A stretch of 53,190 nt of DNA, the filler included, from Ionaspis alba (taxonomy: Eukaryota): the NCBI GenBank assembly GCA_964255285.1. It is 2 parts of 2 records of this genome, joined end to end, with 100 filler letters (N's around TTAATTAATTAA, not from the genome) between each part and the next. Parts side by side here need not be neighbours in the genome. Positions count along the whole stretch, not along the records: positions 1 to 26,640 come from CAXUUL010000144.1; 1 more part is not named here. The stretch is one strand, 5' to 3'. Both the position numbers and the translations under genes were made by a program. The notes under the pieces were generated by a model. It searched no databases and was not told the DNA's origin. It was given only the letters and a program-made list of their open reading frames with translations. The first letter of the stretch is position 1. Every line of letters starts with the position of its first letter. Shown here piece after piece: positions 1 through 11,562 of this stretch.

Positions 1-1614
1 CAAGCTAGAAATTGTATCATCGCGCGATATCGCTAGTGGTAGGATTGGATCTGTAAGTGAGATGGTCCTTGCAAGTTCGTGCAACTCCTCGATTTCTTCT
101 GCGTACATTTGAGCAGCCGTTTTACTAAGCGTATCTTCCGTGAAGTATGGTTTAGGCAAGAAAGGCGAGTTTGGTCCAATCTCGTCGAGTGACCCGCGAG
201 GATGTACTTCGGAGAGGCGGACAGGGCGAGATCGGCAGGGACCAGGATCAGAAGCTATCTCTGAAGGAGGTGCTGGTGATGCTGTTGCGGACCGAAGGTA
301 TGACGAAGGAGTCCCCGACGGCGGACGTGATGGAGAAACCATGCTATGCTCGGAGCAGCTGGACAAGAACCTTCGATGTTGTGGTATGGGAGAAGGCAGA
401 GTAAATTCTCTAAAACGTTGGGCTCCAGAGAGCCGCAAAGGGGCGGGGCGATCTAGCAGTTGTTCTCGAAACAATGGATGTATATTCACCGCTGATGGGT
501 CAACATTGTCAGGTACGAAGGCGAAATGGCTCGTGTCAAGCCTTAGCTGCAAAAGCTTCTCCCTTGGTGGAGGATCCTGCGACTTGCTGCATCCGTCTAG
601 CCTGTCAGTATGTCTAGAACCGGAACGGAATGCCGTCGAATCTTGTTCTGGTGGTAGTGATCTTGGAGTAACGTCTCCTCGGAGTCTCATGGAGTGATTC
701 GACTCTGCTGATACTGGAAGAGCTGGCAATGGTTTGTCCGGAGGTGGATACGGAGGTGGCGGAAATGTTTGAGCATGATGTATTGAACCAGCAATTGACT
801 TAATGGCCGCTGCCGAGGAGAAGGAAATGTCCCAAGAATTCTGCTTCGGTACAGAGAGTATTGGTCGGGATAGGTATCGTGGCATTGGTTCATAATACTC
901 GAGGCCGATCGTGTCAATACCATCTAGGATATTGGGTAGAGTCCGTGCTTCTTGCTCTTCCTCTGGGATATCTTCCTTCTCCACCACCTCGAGCCCTGGT
1001 TGTTCTTCTGAAACAGACGACAGAGAAGTTCGCAATCTTGCCGGAAGATACCTCTGATCTGGACTTCCAGTGCTGTACTCACCCCGCCGTATTGCATTGT
1101 CAGCCACCTTAACCTCCAATGGTCGTCCATCAGGCCCCAAGAGTCTTGCAGCTGTAGGAGTAAGTGGAGCTTCAAGCATTTGATCGATAATATCAACGAT
1201 GTCAGATATCGGGCTCTGAACCATTGAGTCTACCCATACTGGAAGCTGGTCAGCCTCACCCGTGTAAATTGAGGAGGTGAGAGAACTGTGTGGTGATGGG
1301 CTTCCTGGCAGCACTGTCTGAGCATGCCCAATCAAGGTTGTGCCCTGGTTTTCACCTATTGAAGGCTGAAGTAGAGTTTCCTCCTTCTTCCTTGGAAGAG
1401 AAACCTCAGCTTTGAGTGCTACTTGTGCTGAACGTTGCGTTGTCCATTCTCCTTCCGCAGGAATGCTGTTTTCAACATGGTGCCGCGGAGAAAACGACCT
1501 TGACACAGCCATTCGAGCGTCTTCGAGATCAGGGTATGTCATATTTCTTTGGAGTAAGTATTGTTTGGAGTCGGACCTGACAGGAAACTGATCATGACGA
1601 TAGTGTGGATACAT
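1..1614 (-). CDS. Hypothetical Ser/Pro/Glu-rich protein, runs off the left edge (3' partial)
   Basis: Minus-strand frame from ATG 1614 (or 1542: MTYPDLEDARMAVSRSF...). No stop in the parts I translated (about 1614-880 and 60-1). Absent from the ORF track, consistent with no in-window stop. No recognisable domain. Confidence 0.6.
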   Translation of the reverse strand, partial: MYPHYRHDQFPVRSDSKQYLLQRNMTYPDLEDARMAVSRSFSPRHHVENSIPAEGEWTTQRSAQVALKAEVSLPRKKEETLLQPSIGENQGTTLIGHAQTVLPGSPSPHSSLTSSIYTGEADQLPVWVDSMVQSPISDIVDIIDQMLEAPLTPTAARLLGPDGRPLEVKVADNAIRRGEYSTGSPDQRYLPARLRTSLSSVSEEQPGLEVVEKEDIPEEEQEARTLPNILDGIDTIGLEYYEPMPRYLSRPILSVPKQNSWDISFSSAAAIKSIAGSIHHAQTFPPPPYPPPDKPLPALPVSAESNHSMRLRGDVTPRSLPPEQDSTAFRSGSRHTDRLDGCSKSQDPPPREKLLQLRLDTSHFAFVPDNVDPSAVNIHPLFREQLLDRPAPLRLSGAQRFREFTLPSPIPQHRRFLSSCSEHSMVSPSRPPSGTPSSYLRSATASPAPPSEIASDPGPCRSRPVRLSEVHPRGSLDEIGPNSPFLPKPYFTEDTLSKTAAQMYAEEIEELHELARTISLTDPILPLAISRDDTISSL

Positions 1615-2057
1615 TTGTGAGTGAGAAGAATTTCTGCAGGCATGCACTTCGTATGTGAAAAGTAATGTTATTGTATCTGTCAATGAGAGGAATGGTAATC
1701 AATAACGATCGTCCTATTGTCCAAGGTGTTCAGATGCTGTATATAAGAGATCAATAAGAAACTGAACCTAGAATGACATTGTGTTAATGAAGCAAGGTGA
1801 TCATGCGCATGTACTGGAAGGTCTGATGGCGCCATTGAAATTATACAACTCCGAGGAGCAGTTGGAAAGTGAATACCGGGAGGCTCATATGACTGTATCG
1901 GTCGGACCATTCACGGCGCGGGAGGCGCTCCCATGTTGAGATCCACATTTGAGATCCGATGAACATGGTTGCGACTTATCATACCAATGTCTATCGCAGT
2001 TGTGACTTAACGAAGTGATGGAAGTGGAATGATAATAGAGTGTTTTGGCATAGTTCA

Positions 2058-4383
2058 TCACAAGAAATCGAAAGTGTCTCCACCCTTTTCTCTCAGCATG
2101 GAAACAAACCTCTTCGTGCCGACAATTCGTTCGAATTTCAGGGCATCCCATTTCGAGAACAGACTTCGAACACTAGCATGTGGTACTTCCATCCGGGCCT
2201 CCGACATACTACTCCCAAGGTATTCTCCGACGATTTCCCTGTAGAAAATTGGGTTGTCAGGAAGAGCATACATAATAACTCGCTTTACTCCCTTTATGAG
2301 ATACCGGCGGAAATGGTGAGCTCTCCCTGTGTACAACAAGACTGAATGTCGTCCAGAAAAGAAATGACTGCGCGCCCGAGTAACATCTCGTACAGAGGTG
2401 TACTCTGATATCGACCCGAAAGATATGTGCTGAGTTTCAGACGAGTTGGCCATAAAGTTCCGGATTCTCACAAAGTCCATGTATGAAGGAATGAAAATCA
2501 AGACACCTTGACCGCGTCCAGAAGATGACCTTGAAGACTTTGTCAACGTTGGAATTATAGTGATTGTGAAGAACTTGAATCTTGAGTCAGGATCATCAGC
2601 AGGCTGAAAGGCGTCATATCTGGAAAAAGTTTGCTTGAGCTGAATTCCCATGTCAAGCATCGCGCCTTCGTAGCTGTCTCTGCCAATCTTGATTTTCCCT
2701 GCCGTATTCAATAGAAAGTGCCCATATAGTCGGTTGATTTCAGGAGTGTTGAACGCAGAGAGAATTACCGTTTGCCGAAGATACTTGGCATTCCCGTCGA
2801 GGTACCAATTTCGTACTCGGCTAAAGTCGCACCCGTGTGTCTCCTTGGGCTGAAGATTTAGGTGCTCAAAGATGTATTCCAAGTGCTCCCAGTTTTGCAT
2901 GAGCAGGGCATCTGTTTGGTCGACGATAACAATCTCAATGGAGCTAAGAAAATCGTGGTCCTGTTTCTTCGGGTCCTCGGAGCCCATAGCCATCTTCAGC
3001 CCCAATGGGCTGGCGAAAATAATATCGGAATTATAGAATTGAGAGAAATACTTCACAGTCTTCCTTGTAAATTTCATGCCAATCCGAAACATATCGTCAT
3101 CGTTGCCAGCGAAGAGTTCTCGAAAGTCTGTAGGCTTGTCATTGGAAAAGTGCTCTTCCGCCCGCGCGTACGAATCTTGGAAGCGTTTTCTGTTCTCCTG
3201 TTGTTCCGGCTGGCAGAGAGATATGATGGCGTCGACGGCTTTGACACAGGATTGTCTCGTGGGCAGCAGCATGAGGACTTTAGGACGTGTGAACCCTTGG
3301 TCCCGACACTCGATTTCCTCCGGTGCATCTGATTTGGTGAGTCGAGCATTGTTCTTGATGACATTGTCCCGAGTCTTGAAGATATGATTGATGGCGTGTA
3401 AGCATGTTAACGACCTCAACTCCGAAGCATTTGGTGGGGTTCGATCACAGAAGAGGAGATCTTGATAATTGAAAATCCTAGACGCAATGCTTCCGACGAG
3501 TCCGCGCATTTCCGGTAGGTATCTCTCAGCGTGTGGCCGGAGCTTTTGCTTCAACTGGACGAGTATTAGTATGTGACAGCGTATGGTCTTTGATCGTCCA
3601 AACCTGGAGATCTTGAAGCCGATAAGTAGAGATACTACTCGTCGGTGCAGTATCTCGTTCGGTCAGTGCCTCAATAGCTTTCCATCCAGTCACAGGAGTA
3701 GATTTTGAAATCGTCCAGCTCGATGATCGGACCTGCTTGATGTGCGAGAGCAATGCCTGCTCATCTACATTTGTGAAATGGTAATCAAAAGGATCATGAG
3801 CTTGACATGTTAGCCTCTACAACGGCATAACGGAGTCTCACTTACAATCTTTGTCGTCATTGTCATCTCCGAAGACTGATTCATTACCGGATGAAAGTTG
3901 CCCAGCGTCTTCTGGTTCCTCTACAAGGTCCACATCTTGAAGGTCTTCCCGATCCTGTATATTAGCATGGGAGCTGATATCGGCATGAGGAGCTTCTGTT
4001 GCTTCACTGGAAGTGAGCTTCCTTTTTTTGCGAGAGGGTTGCCCGCGTTGAACGTTTGCATTCAGGGATTGGAGAAGCGCATTATACGGTTTGACTGTGC
4101 TAACATCGATATTGTCCTCTTCACTAGAGGCGCCACTTAGATCATTCCGAACAACATCGTCCAGGTCTTCGGAGGATATTTGTGATTCCTCGTCTCCATC
4201 GAGATTAGGCTCTTCGACTCGGGTAGAATGAAAGGTCGACTTATGGCCACGATTGAAAGCAAAGGCACCCCGACTTCTGCCTCTTCGTCGCCCTTCCGTT
4301 CCACTACCTCTGGTACCAGTAGTGTGAGACCCTCGAGGTCTTCCGTTGCCAACTGCGCTCGTCCCACGTCTAAATGGTGCCAT
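2058..4383 (-). CDS. UTP25: U3 snoRNA-associated protein 25 (SSU processome, DUF1253)
   Basis: Three exons, introns 3801-3845 and 3555-3603. Motifs [51 protein letters not shown]. Confidence 0.95.
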
Positions 4384-4592
4384 GTGTGGTTTGACATACC
4401 TCCTCAAAATTTCTCGGACTTTCTCGAATTGACGAAGATCTTATCTAATCTTCTTAGTGTCAACCTTAACTTGAGCACACAAAATGTGGCGCCAAGCCTT
4501 TCTAGGGTTTTGGCACAATGCGACGCTTTCTAGCACCAAATTCCAAGATAATCGCGTTTGCATCCTAAGGATCGAAGTGGTATCTCCAGACC

Positions 4593-5774
4593 ATGGCAGA
4601 TACAGACTCTTTCCTTCATCTCGCGCGGCCCTTGGGGCCTGCGACTATCGGCTCACAACCAACTACAGCCCCATTAAACGTCATCGTCCAACCTCAGGTA
4701 TATGCTCATCTATACCGGCGAAGCTCTTCCTCATGTTCTAGCTTCTTACTGACACGAACAGGCTATCTTCTCTATCCTAGACCATTCCCTCCGCCGTAAC
4801 GTCGACCAAGAACGAGTAATTGGAACCCTCCTTGGTGTGCGAAGTGAAGATGGCCAGGAAGTTGAGATACGGAATTGTTTCGCAGTACCTCATACAGAGA
4901 CGCAGGAACAAGTCGAAGTCGACATGGATTACCAAAAGCATATGCTTTCATTACACCTGAAAGCCAATCCAAAGGAGGTCCTGGTTGGCTGGTATGCCAC
5001 CTCCGCAGAGTTGAACACGTTCTCAGCGCTCATTCAAAATTTCTACGGTGGACAAGGCGATGGGACGTGGCCACACCCGGCAATACACCTTACAATAAGT
5101 ACAGATGCGGGGAAAGATATTGAGGCAAAAACATACATTTCTGCACCTGTCGGGGTCACTGCAGAACGAGCGGCGGACAGCGCGGCGTTTATACCTGTGA
5201 CACATGAGATTAGATATGGTGATGCTGAGAAGAGTGGGCTGGAGTTGATATCAGGCGCTAAGAATAGCTCGGACCGGACTGCAGGCATCTTGACTGATAT
5301 CGAGTCACTGGAACGGGCCATCGAGGAAGTACTGGGCATGCTGGAACGAGTCTCAAAATATGTGGAGGCAGTACTCGAAGAAGAGGCACCACCATCGACT
5401 GCTCTTGGTCAATTTCTCTTGAACGCTCTGGCTCTGGCTCCAAAGGTCAATCCTGAGGACATCGAAAGAGACTTGTAAGTGCAATGTTTGTAAGGAGTTC
5501 CTTATCCTGAACTTGTGGCAGCAACAACCATATTCAAGACGTCCTCGTCGTATCTTACCTCTCAAACACCATTCGAACACAGATCGACCTTTCTAACAGG
5601 CTAGCAACTGCAGCATTGACCTTGGGAGCAGGCGATGGCCTTGGCGGCGGACAAGCCAATGGTCCAGGATCGGAAGCTGGTCAACGGGGCGGAGGACAGC
5701 GAGGCGGCAGAGGCGGTGGGAGAGGCGGTCGTGGTGATCGAGGCGGTGATCGAGGTGGCGAGCGGGAAAGCTAG
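4593..5774 (+). CDS. eIF3f: Translation initiation factor 3 subunit F (MPN domain), RGG-rich C-terminal tail
   Basis: Introns 4698-4761 and 5475-5521. [12 protein letters not shown]...[51 protein letters not shown]; stop TAG 5772-5774. Confidence 0.93.
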
Positions 5775-6100
5775 AGTCGCCAAGCGCTCGCTTTCGATCC
5801 ATCCATTGAGCTCAAATTGCTCGCTGCATTGTACGGGCTAGAAAAGCAAGGCGTTTGGCCTAGGAGCATGGAGGCCGAATTCTGTGCACCTAAGGACTTT
5901 CACTTGCTTCAAGATGCCGCTTGGGTAACCAAAGAGACTAGACGTGCCGCTGGGTGCTGGCACTCTCCAGAGTTCAGCCACACCAACAGGACTTCAGGGT
6001 ATCATGCAGAAAAAGTTCCCCGATGAGTCGCTCCATAAGGCCATCGCTATGCAGATGCAGACTGAGAAGCCTTGTACCGAAACCTCAGCGTGTCAGTACT

Positions 6101-6585
6101 TCATCCCTCATCCTCACTGCCCTTAGCACTCTTTCCCTTATCCTTTGCCTTCCTTACCCTCTTCCCCCTCCCCACTCCAACCCTCCCCTTCTCCAACCCC
6201 GCCTTGCCCTCCGCCATATCGAATTGCTTTCTCGCCTCCTTTAGCTCCTTATCCATACCAAGCAACTCCTGCACCCGCCCCAGCATCGCCTCATTGCCGC
6301 GTATCGCGAACTTGAAGTCGTCCACCTTGATCTTTTGCCGGTTTGAGTAGCTAGCTGAACGGGCAGCTTGATGGCAGGTTTCGATGATGAAGTCGGTCAC
6401 TATCTCGTCTAGCACGCGCACAGTTTCGGGGAGTGGGTCTTGGTCGTCGCCAAAGGCATAGAGGAGGGCGCGCACTTTGGGAATTTTTTAGCTTTCGGGA
6501 AGAGGAGAGAATTGGAGAACACACTTTCGGCTTCGAAATTCAGTTGGCCTTTGTGACGGGCGGCACGGGCGCGGACTTCGGTCAT
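6101..6585 (-). CDS. TAF13: TFIID subunit 13 (histone-fold)
   Basis: ATG 6585, intron 6475-6524. LLYAFGDDQDPLPETVRVLDEIVTDFI...KIKVDDFKFAIR...LGRVQELL. Confidence 0.92.
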
Positions 6586-6954
6586 CTTGGCTGGTGGTGA
6601 AGGGTGAGAGTCGTCAGGTTTTTGGTTGTGGTTAGGGATGTCGTTCAATGTCAATCCATGCTCAGGAATCACATCTGTGATGGGAAACAGTTCCAAGTGG
6701 CGTAGATAGTGTCCAGAAGATTTTCTTCTCTGTTTTGCCTTTCAAAATGATTGAAAGGTCAAGCTTCTGATATTTGGCTGGAAAGGGAAGTGACAGAGTG
6801 AGAGGTGGAGTGGATTTAGCGGTCTTAACGTTCAAGCTTGGCGTCAAAACGGGAATGCGCTACAAGGCTCCTAATGCAAGGTCAAGCCACTTTACATCTG
6901 TTGTTAAACATCGCTATCTGATGGATCGATAAAGCGAGTAAGCCTTTCGAAACA

Positions 6955-7338
6955 ATGGTACGCTACTTCCTCATCAAAGCAATGTCGTTCTCAAGCTGAC
7001 AGTCCTTGCAGTCTGCCCTCTTCAACTTCCAATCTCTCCTCCTCGTCATCCTCCTCCTTATTTGCACAAGCTCCTATATCCATAACGTAGCGCCTGGAAT
7101 AATGGATCGGAACAAGAACGGGTACAGCCACATTGCTTGCGATTGCCTTTTGTATGAAAGTTGCTAAGGCTAGAACTCTAGTGTGCTAGGGATATTCTGG
7201 AAGTTCGCGAGAGTGGGGGAACGGTTGAGTCCGTACGTCAGTATATGTTGTGTCTTAATGGCGGTATGTTCGTAACCGCTCAATCAGGGTCAGGAGCTAA
7301 TTGCTGTCCTGGAGGCTTCCCTGTTCATGGGCTCATAA
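6955..7338 (+). CDS. KSH1: Protein Kish (TMEM167/DUF1242), small Golgi/secretory membrane protein; not in ORF track
   Basis: Four coding exons: ATG only (6955-6957), 7012-7121, 7182-7263, 7315-7338. Gives [72 protein letters not shown]. Confidence 0.92.
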
Positions 7339-7928
7339 CGCTAGGTTGGTGGGTTGGGATCCTGTATCATGATGCAAAGCGAAGGGCGTTTGGCTGGCAG
7401 GCTCAGAGCGCCAGCAATAGTGTATGAGACTGATCGCTCAGCTATCTATACCGTCGGTTACAGTATTGTGCGCATTTAGCTTGTTTGCGAGCATTCTCAC
7501 GTTCGTCACAACTCCGCCCAGCGACGAGGCGTTGGCGGTCCCGCACACTACGGCTGTAGCACTCGGAGGATCCAGACATTAACGATGAGTTCCACAGCTG
7601 GATGAGTAAAGTCATTTCCATCACCTTTCCCAGGGGATTCTCCATTCTCGGCAGTATTAACTACCAGTAGAGCCGATACATGTGATCTGAGAGCTGGCGC
7701 TGCAATTTCCTAGCAAAGAATGCTATCACATCATATAACATAGTGTAGAGGCATAGCAGAGGAGTCGGCTGTGAGACTAGGTATCATATACAGGGCAGGG
7801 GTATCATTTGTTCCCTACATCTCTCTGAGTGGCGGTCCAGACCAGATATACCTGACCCAACATTTGTATGCCTACTAACAATCAATGTACACCTGTCGGG
7901 TATCTTAAAATCTTGCATAAGCCACTGC

Positions 7929-10340
7929 TCACCTCTCACTCGTGCCAATCGCCTCCGTTCTGCTAGTAGCTTTTTCGAATGCCTCGATCAATCTCTTGCG
8001 ATCCACGACTTGACCCAAGGCTTTAATCGTACGGTCATTTGTGTCGAATCCGTCCATCTCCATCCGCTCCACGGTTCCGACAACGCCTTTAACGTCCTGC
8101 ACCCTCGAGTAATGATTGAGCAAAGAGTTCCAGGTTACTTGGTTTGGACTGTGGCCTCGGTGTTTCATCATTGTTAGCACTTTCTCCGCGGCGTTGAGCT
8201 GACCGTTACGGACGAAGGCGAAAAGAAGGATACTCCAAGTTTGGACATCGGGAGGAGCGACTGCAAAAGTAGCTGTATTACTCTCCAATGCCAGCTCACT
8301 GGGTATCTGGCCGTTGTTCGAGGCAGAATTTTCCGGTAAAGCTGCAGACACAGATCCGGAGGGCTTCAGCATGTTTTGTACAACAGTAGTACAAAAATGA
8401 AGAGTCTGGCGACTTCGACCGAGTGCGATGATGAAACTGTTATTCGTGTGTGTCGTTGTTGCTAATTCCGAGATCTCAGCATGTCTACTACGAACACCGT
8501 TCATATATCGCTCATAGACTTGGGGCACAACATCAATATCGTGGCACTGCTGCAGCCAAGCATGCAGCATAAGACCGAGTGCAGGCATAGGTGGTGTGGT
8601 CAGAGGAGGATCATCTCGACCGGCATCACCATCACCGATTGGAAGGCCAAGAGCCCGGAGCGATGATGTATCGAAAAGCTCTCGATACACGGGAAGAAGA
8701 GTAGCGTAAGTATTTGAGTCGTGCAAAGTGCTCTCTGCAAGGTATATTGCGTGAAGTAGCTCAAAGCCTAGGCGAGGGCTTTGTGCGAGCAATCCCTCTC
8801 TTTTAGCGCTCTCATAGATAGATCTTATGTTGTCCTTGATGCTTCCATAACGTACTCCTTTCAGAAGAACAGTGTAGGTATACTGGTCTGGTGCTAGTCC
8901 GTTGTCTCTGGCAATCTCATGGGCCTTCCATGCTGTGCTCAGATCGCCAGCTTCAATTGCATTCAACATGATGACATTAGACATCTGTCGGTTTGGCCGA
9001 ATCCCGAGCTCCAGAATATGTGCTAGAATGCTAGACCGCACACTATAAAGGTCTTCAATGCCTATATGGGCACGCAGTAGCCCCACACAAAAGCTTTGAA
9101 TTTTGTCCAGTGAAAGTTCTAGCTTCGGAATAGTCTGCAGAAGGTCTAAAGCTTTCTCGATTTTGCCGAATGAAACGTAACTCTTCATCATTTGAAGTTT
9201 TGTGTTGGTATGAAGTCCCGCGCGAGTGGCCTTGAGACAGGTGTGCAGACGTTCAAGCTGGTCTTTGTTGGCATGTACTGCCAGGAGGAAGATAGTTCGT
9301 TGGCTCAGTGAGACAATATCGTGAAATGGGCCATAGATGTTTAAGAAGTTGCAGGCGGTATTGAGAAGCGGCTGGACTCGATTTAAACTCTCCTCTCCTT
9401 TCCTCTGACTGAGAAACAATGCACACGCAATGTGGTCTAGACAGTCGTTAACCATGAGACTTGGTATGCGTGGACCAATTCCTGTTAGACTGTGGTCTAG
9501 AAGGGATAGAGCGAGAAACGGTCTCGTATGGAGGGCCCAGAGCAGTGTAGGCTGCCACCAATCTTGAGTACGACTGGGGCTCGACCAGTCCTGCAAAATT
9601 CTTCCTTCAATGACTCGTTGATCTTGAAATTTCGTATCGATGAGGGAAATTTCTTCGCTGCTCGAGTACCAAGGAAGAAAGTCAGGCGCAATATCGTGCG
9701 GAAGGCGTGATTTAAAGCTGTAAGCAGAATTGATCTTTGCAAAGTTCGTAGTCCATTTTCGAGATAACGACTCCAAGCCTGCTGACTTTCCCTTCAATTC
9801 CCTTTCAATGACGTCTGCCCCATGATAGCCGGGTATGAGAGAAATCGTTTTCGTATGTCGTTTCTGCTCTGACCTGGTATCCTTGCTACTCCCCACAAGT
9901 GATGCAGATTGTGGGGATGTGACATCCTCGCCTTTGTTGCTATGAAGGAGGCCATCTTCGGCACTGGACATTGGTTGAGGAAGTTGGGCCTGCTCCTTGA
10001 GGTCGGCTAGACTGCCGAATTCTGGGGATAGCTTCTTGTGAAGACTGTGCTCATCTTCAACTGGAGGATGGCTTTCGCTCGCATCTTGAGCACGCAAAAG
10101 CTTTATGTCTTCATGCTTTCCGTGCTTCCTCTTTTCAGTATCGAGAAGCTTGTCCCAAGCAAAGGCCCATCTCTGTACTTCCCTCTCATGGTCTGCTGAT
10201 GCAGAGACCAGACGGTTTAAGTTTCGAACTTGCTGGAGGATAGGGCGAGCTTCGAAGATGACTGGGGAATTCTGATGGGATAAAGTAGATACCACTAGAT
10301 TGGTAATGCATCGTGAATGCCTCAGCGAGCGATTGAGCAT
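7929..10340 (-). CDS. Pentatricopeptide-repeat protein, probably mitochondrial
   Basis: 803-aa ORF with PPR-like motifs (PDQYTYTVLLKG, PDVQTWSILLFAFVRNGQLNAAEKVLTMM, PNQVTWNSLLNHYS); Arg/Ser-rich N-terminus resembling a presequence. Confidence 0.88.
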   Translation of the reverse strand: MLNRSLRHSRCITNLVVSTLSHQNSPVIFEARPILQQVRNLNRLVSASADHEREVQRWAFAWDKLLDTEKRKHGKHEDIKLLRAQDASESHPPVEDEHSLHKKLSPEFGSLADLKEQAQLPQPMSSAEDGLLHSNKGEDVTSPQSASLVGSSKDTRSEQKRHTKTISLIPGYHGADVIERELKGKSAGLESLSRKWTTNFAKINSAYSFKSRLPHDIAPDFLPWYSSSEEISLIDTKFQDQRVIEGRILQDWSSPSRTQDWWQPTLLWALHTRPFLALSLLDHSLTGIGPRIPSLMVNDCLDHIACALFLSQRKGEESLNRVQPLLNTACNFLNIYGPFHDIVSLSQRTIFLLAVHANKDQLERLHTCLKATRAGLHTNTKLQMMKSYVSFGKIEKALDLLQTIPKLELSLDKIQSFCVGLLRAHIGIEDLYSVRSSILAHILELGIRPNRQMSNVIMLNAIEAGDLSTAWKAHEIARDNGLAPDQYTYTVLLKGVRYGSIKDNIRSIYESAKREGLLAQSPRLGFELLHAIYLAESTLHDSNTYATLLPVYRELFDTSSLRALGLPIGDGDAGRDDPPLTTPPMPALGLMLHAWLQQCHDIDVVPQVYERYMNGVRSRHAEISELATTTHTNNSFIIALGRSRQTLHFCTTVVQNMLKPSGSVSAALPENSASNNGQIPSELALESNTATFAVAPPDVQTWSILLFAFVRNGQLNAAEKVLTMMKHRGHSPNQVTWNSLLNHYSRVQDVKGVVGTVERMEMDGFDTNDRTIKALGQVVDRKRLIEAFEKATSRTEAIGTSER

Positions 10341-10710
10341 GGAATTAGATGCTTCATTGATCCATCATAGCTATGAACAAGAGCTAATCTTAGCAAGACA
10401 GCTTGGTTTTGAGAACATGAGACCACTAGGGCAAAGAAGCCGGACCACTGTGAATAGCAAAACACATGGCTCGCGAGTAAACTTGAAAGGGCTTCTCAAT
10501 TGACGACAGGGTTCGAAGAACACATTCCGAGCAGCGGCATCCTTCCCGGGCAATTTCGAAAGCCACAACTTTTGACCTCCGCACTCCGCTAAACACTCTA
10601 ACCTTCTGTTCAGTTGTATTTTAATATTGGTCCGCAAGTTTTACAAGAACTCAGCTTTGTTATTACATTATCAAGCTCGTGAGAACCACAGAGCTTGTTA
10701 GTCGAGCCAT

Positions 10711-11343
10711 ATGATGGCCTCTGCTCATGCCTCACTCGATGCTGCAGCAACAGAGCGCAAAGCACGGCTCGCGAAGCTCAAAAATCTGAAGCGCAAACAG
10801 CCCGAGCCAGACTCCACCGCAGAAAGCTCCCTCTCTGTTCCCCCAGAAGATGCACAAGAAGCCACACCCTCGGTAACGACCACTTATCTCTCCGGCCGCA
10901 ACTACGATCCCTCTACCCGAGGTCCCAAACTCGGCTTCGAGAATGCCCCATCAGAAAACCAAGAAACTCTAGAGATTCGTGCGCAGGAAATAGCCGCCGA
11001 AACCACTAAGCTAGCAGAGGAGGAAGAGAAGTCGGAAAAGCCCATCGATCTGTTCAAGTTACAGCCAAAGAAGCCAAATTGGGATCTGAAGCGGGATGTT
11101 GCGCGGAAGATGGAAAGGTTGAACGTGCAGACGGACAATGCGATTGCTAGGCTTGTAAGAGAGAGGATCGAGGCACAGAAAAAGAAGCAGGTAGTAGGTG
11201 CGAATGGTAATGCGAATGAGGGTGCGGATGGGGCAGAGGCAGTAGGATTGAAGGGGGAGGAGTTGGTGGAAGGTGTACATGTGCGGGAAAGGGAGGACGC
11301 GGAGGACGAGAGAAGGGAGAGGGAAGACGAGGATCTGGCATGA
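10711..11343 (+). CDS. CWF18: Pre-mRNA splicing factor Cwf18 (CCDC12 family)
   Basis: ERKARLAKLK, GRNYDP, IDLFKLQPKKPNWDLKRD...TDNAIARLVRERI. Confidence 0.9.
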   Translation: MMASAHASLDAAATERKARLAKLKNLKRKQPEPDSTAESSLSVPPEDAQEATPSVTTTYLSGRNYDPSTRGPKLGFENAPSENQETLEIRAQEIAAETTKLAEEEEKSEKPIDLFKLQPKKPNWDLKRDVARKMERLNVQTDNAIARLVRERIEAQKKKQVVGANGNANEGADGAEAVGLKGEELVEGVHVREREDAEDERREREDEDLA

Positions 11344-11562
11344 GAGGGCCCAACTCTGATCGAATAGTCTGTGGCTCGTGTTCTGGAGACGATAGCCTTC
11401 ATTCGTTCGAGCGATTGCTTTGTCGGCAGCGGTTCAGCGCGGAGTTCGGGATAGGATTGAACACGTAAATGGCATTTGCAAATTTTCTGTAATAACACCC
11501 TTTTCTGTGACATGCTTGACACCATCCATGCGGAGGGGATATGTACAAATATAATAAAGTAT

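Noticed and set aside
140..697. 185-aa plus-strand ORF and many other short ORFs in the track
   Set aside because: Antisense or off-frame shadows of real genes (also 10902-11525, 2862-3332, 19814-20287); no independent motifs.
4502..4510. TTAGGG/CCCTA (telo-box or Tbf1-like) words in several promoters (also 6632, 12818, 35960)
   Set aside because: 5-6-mers expected by chance; cannot be supported without enrichment statistics.
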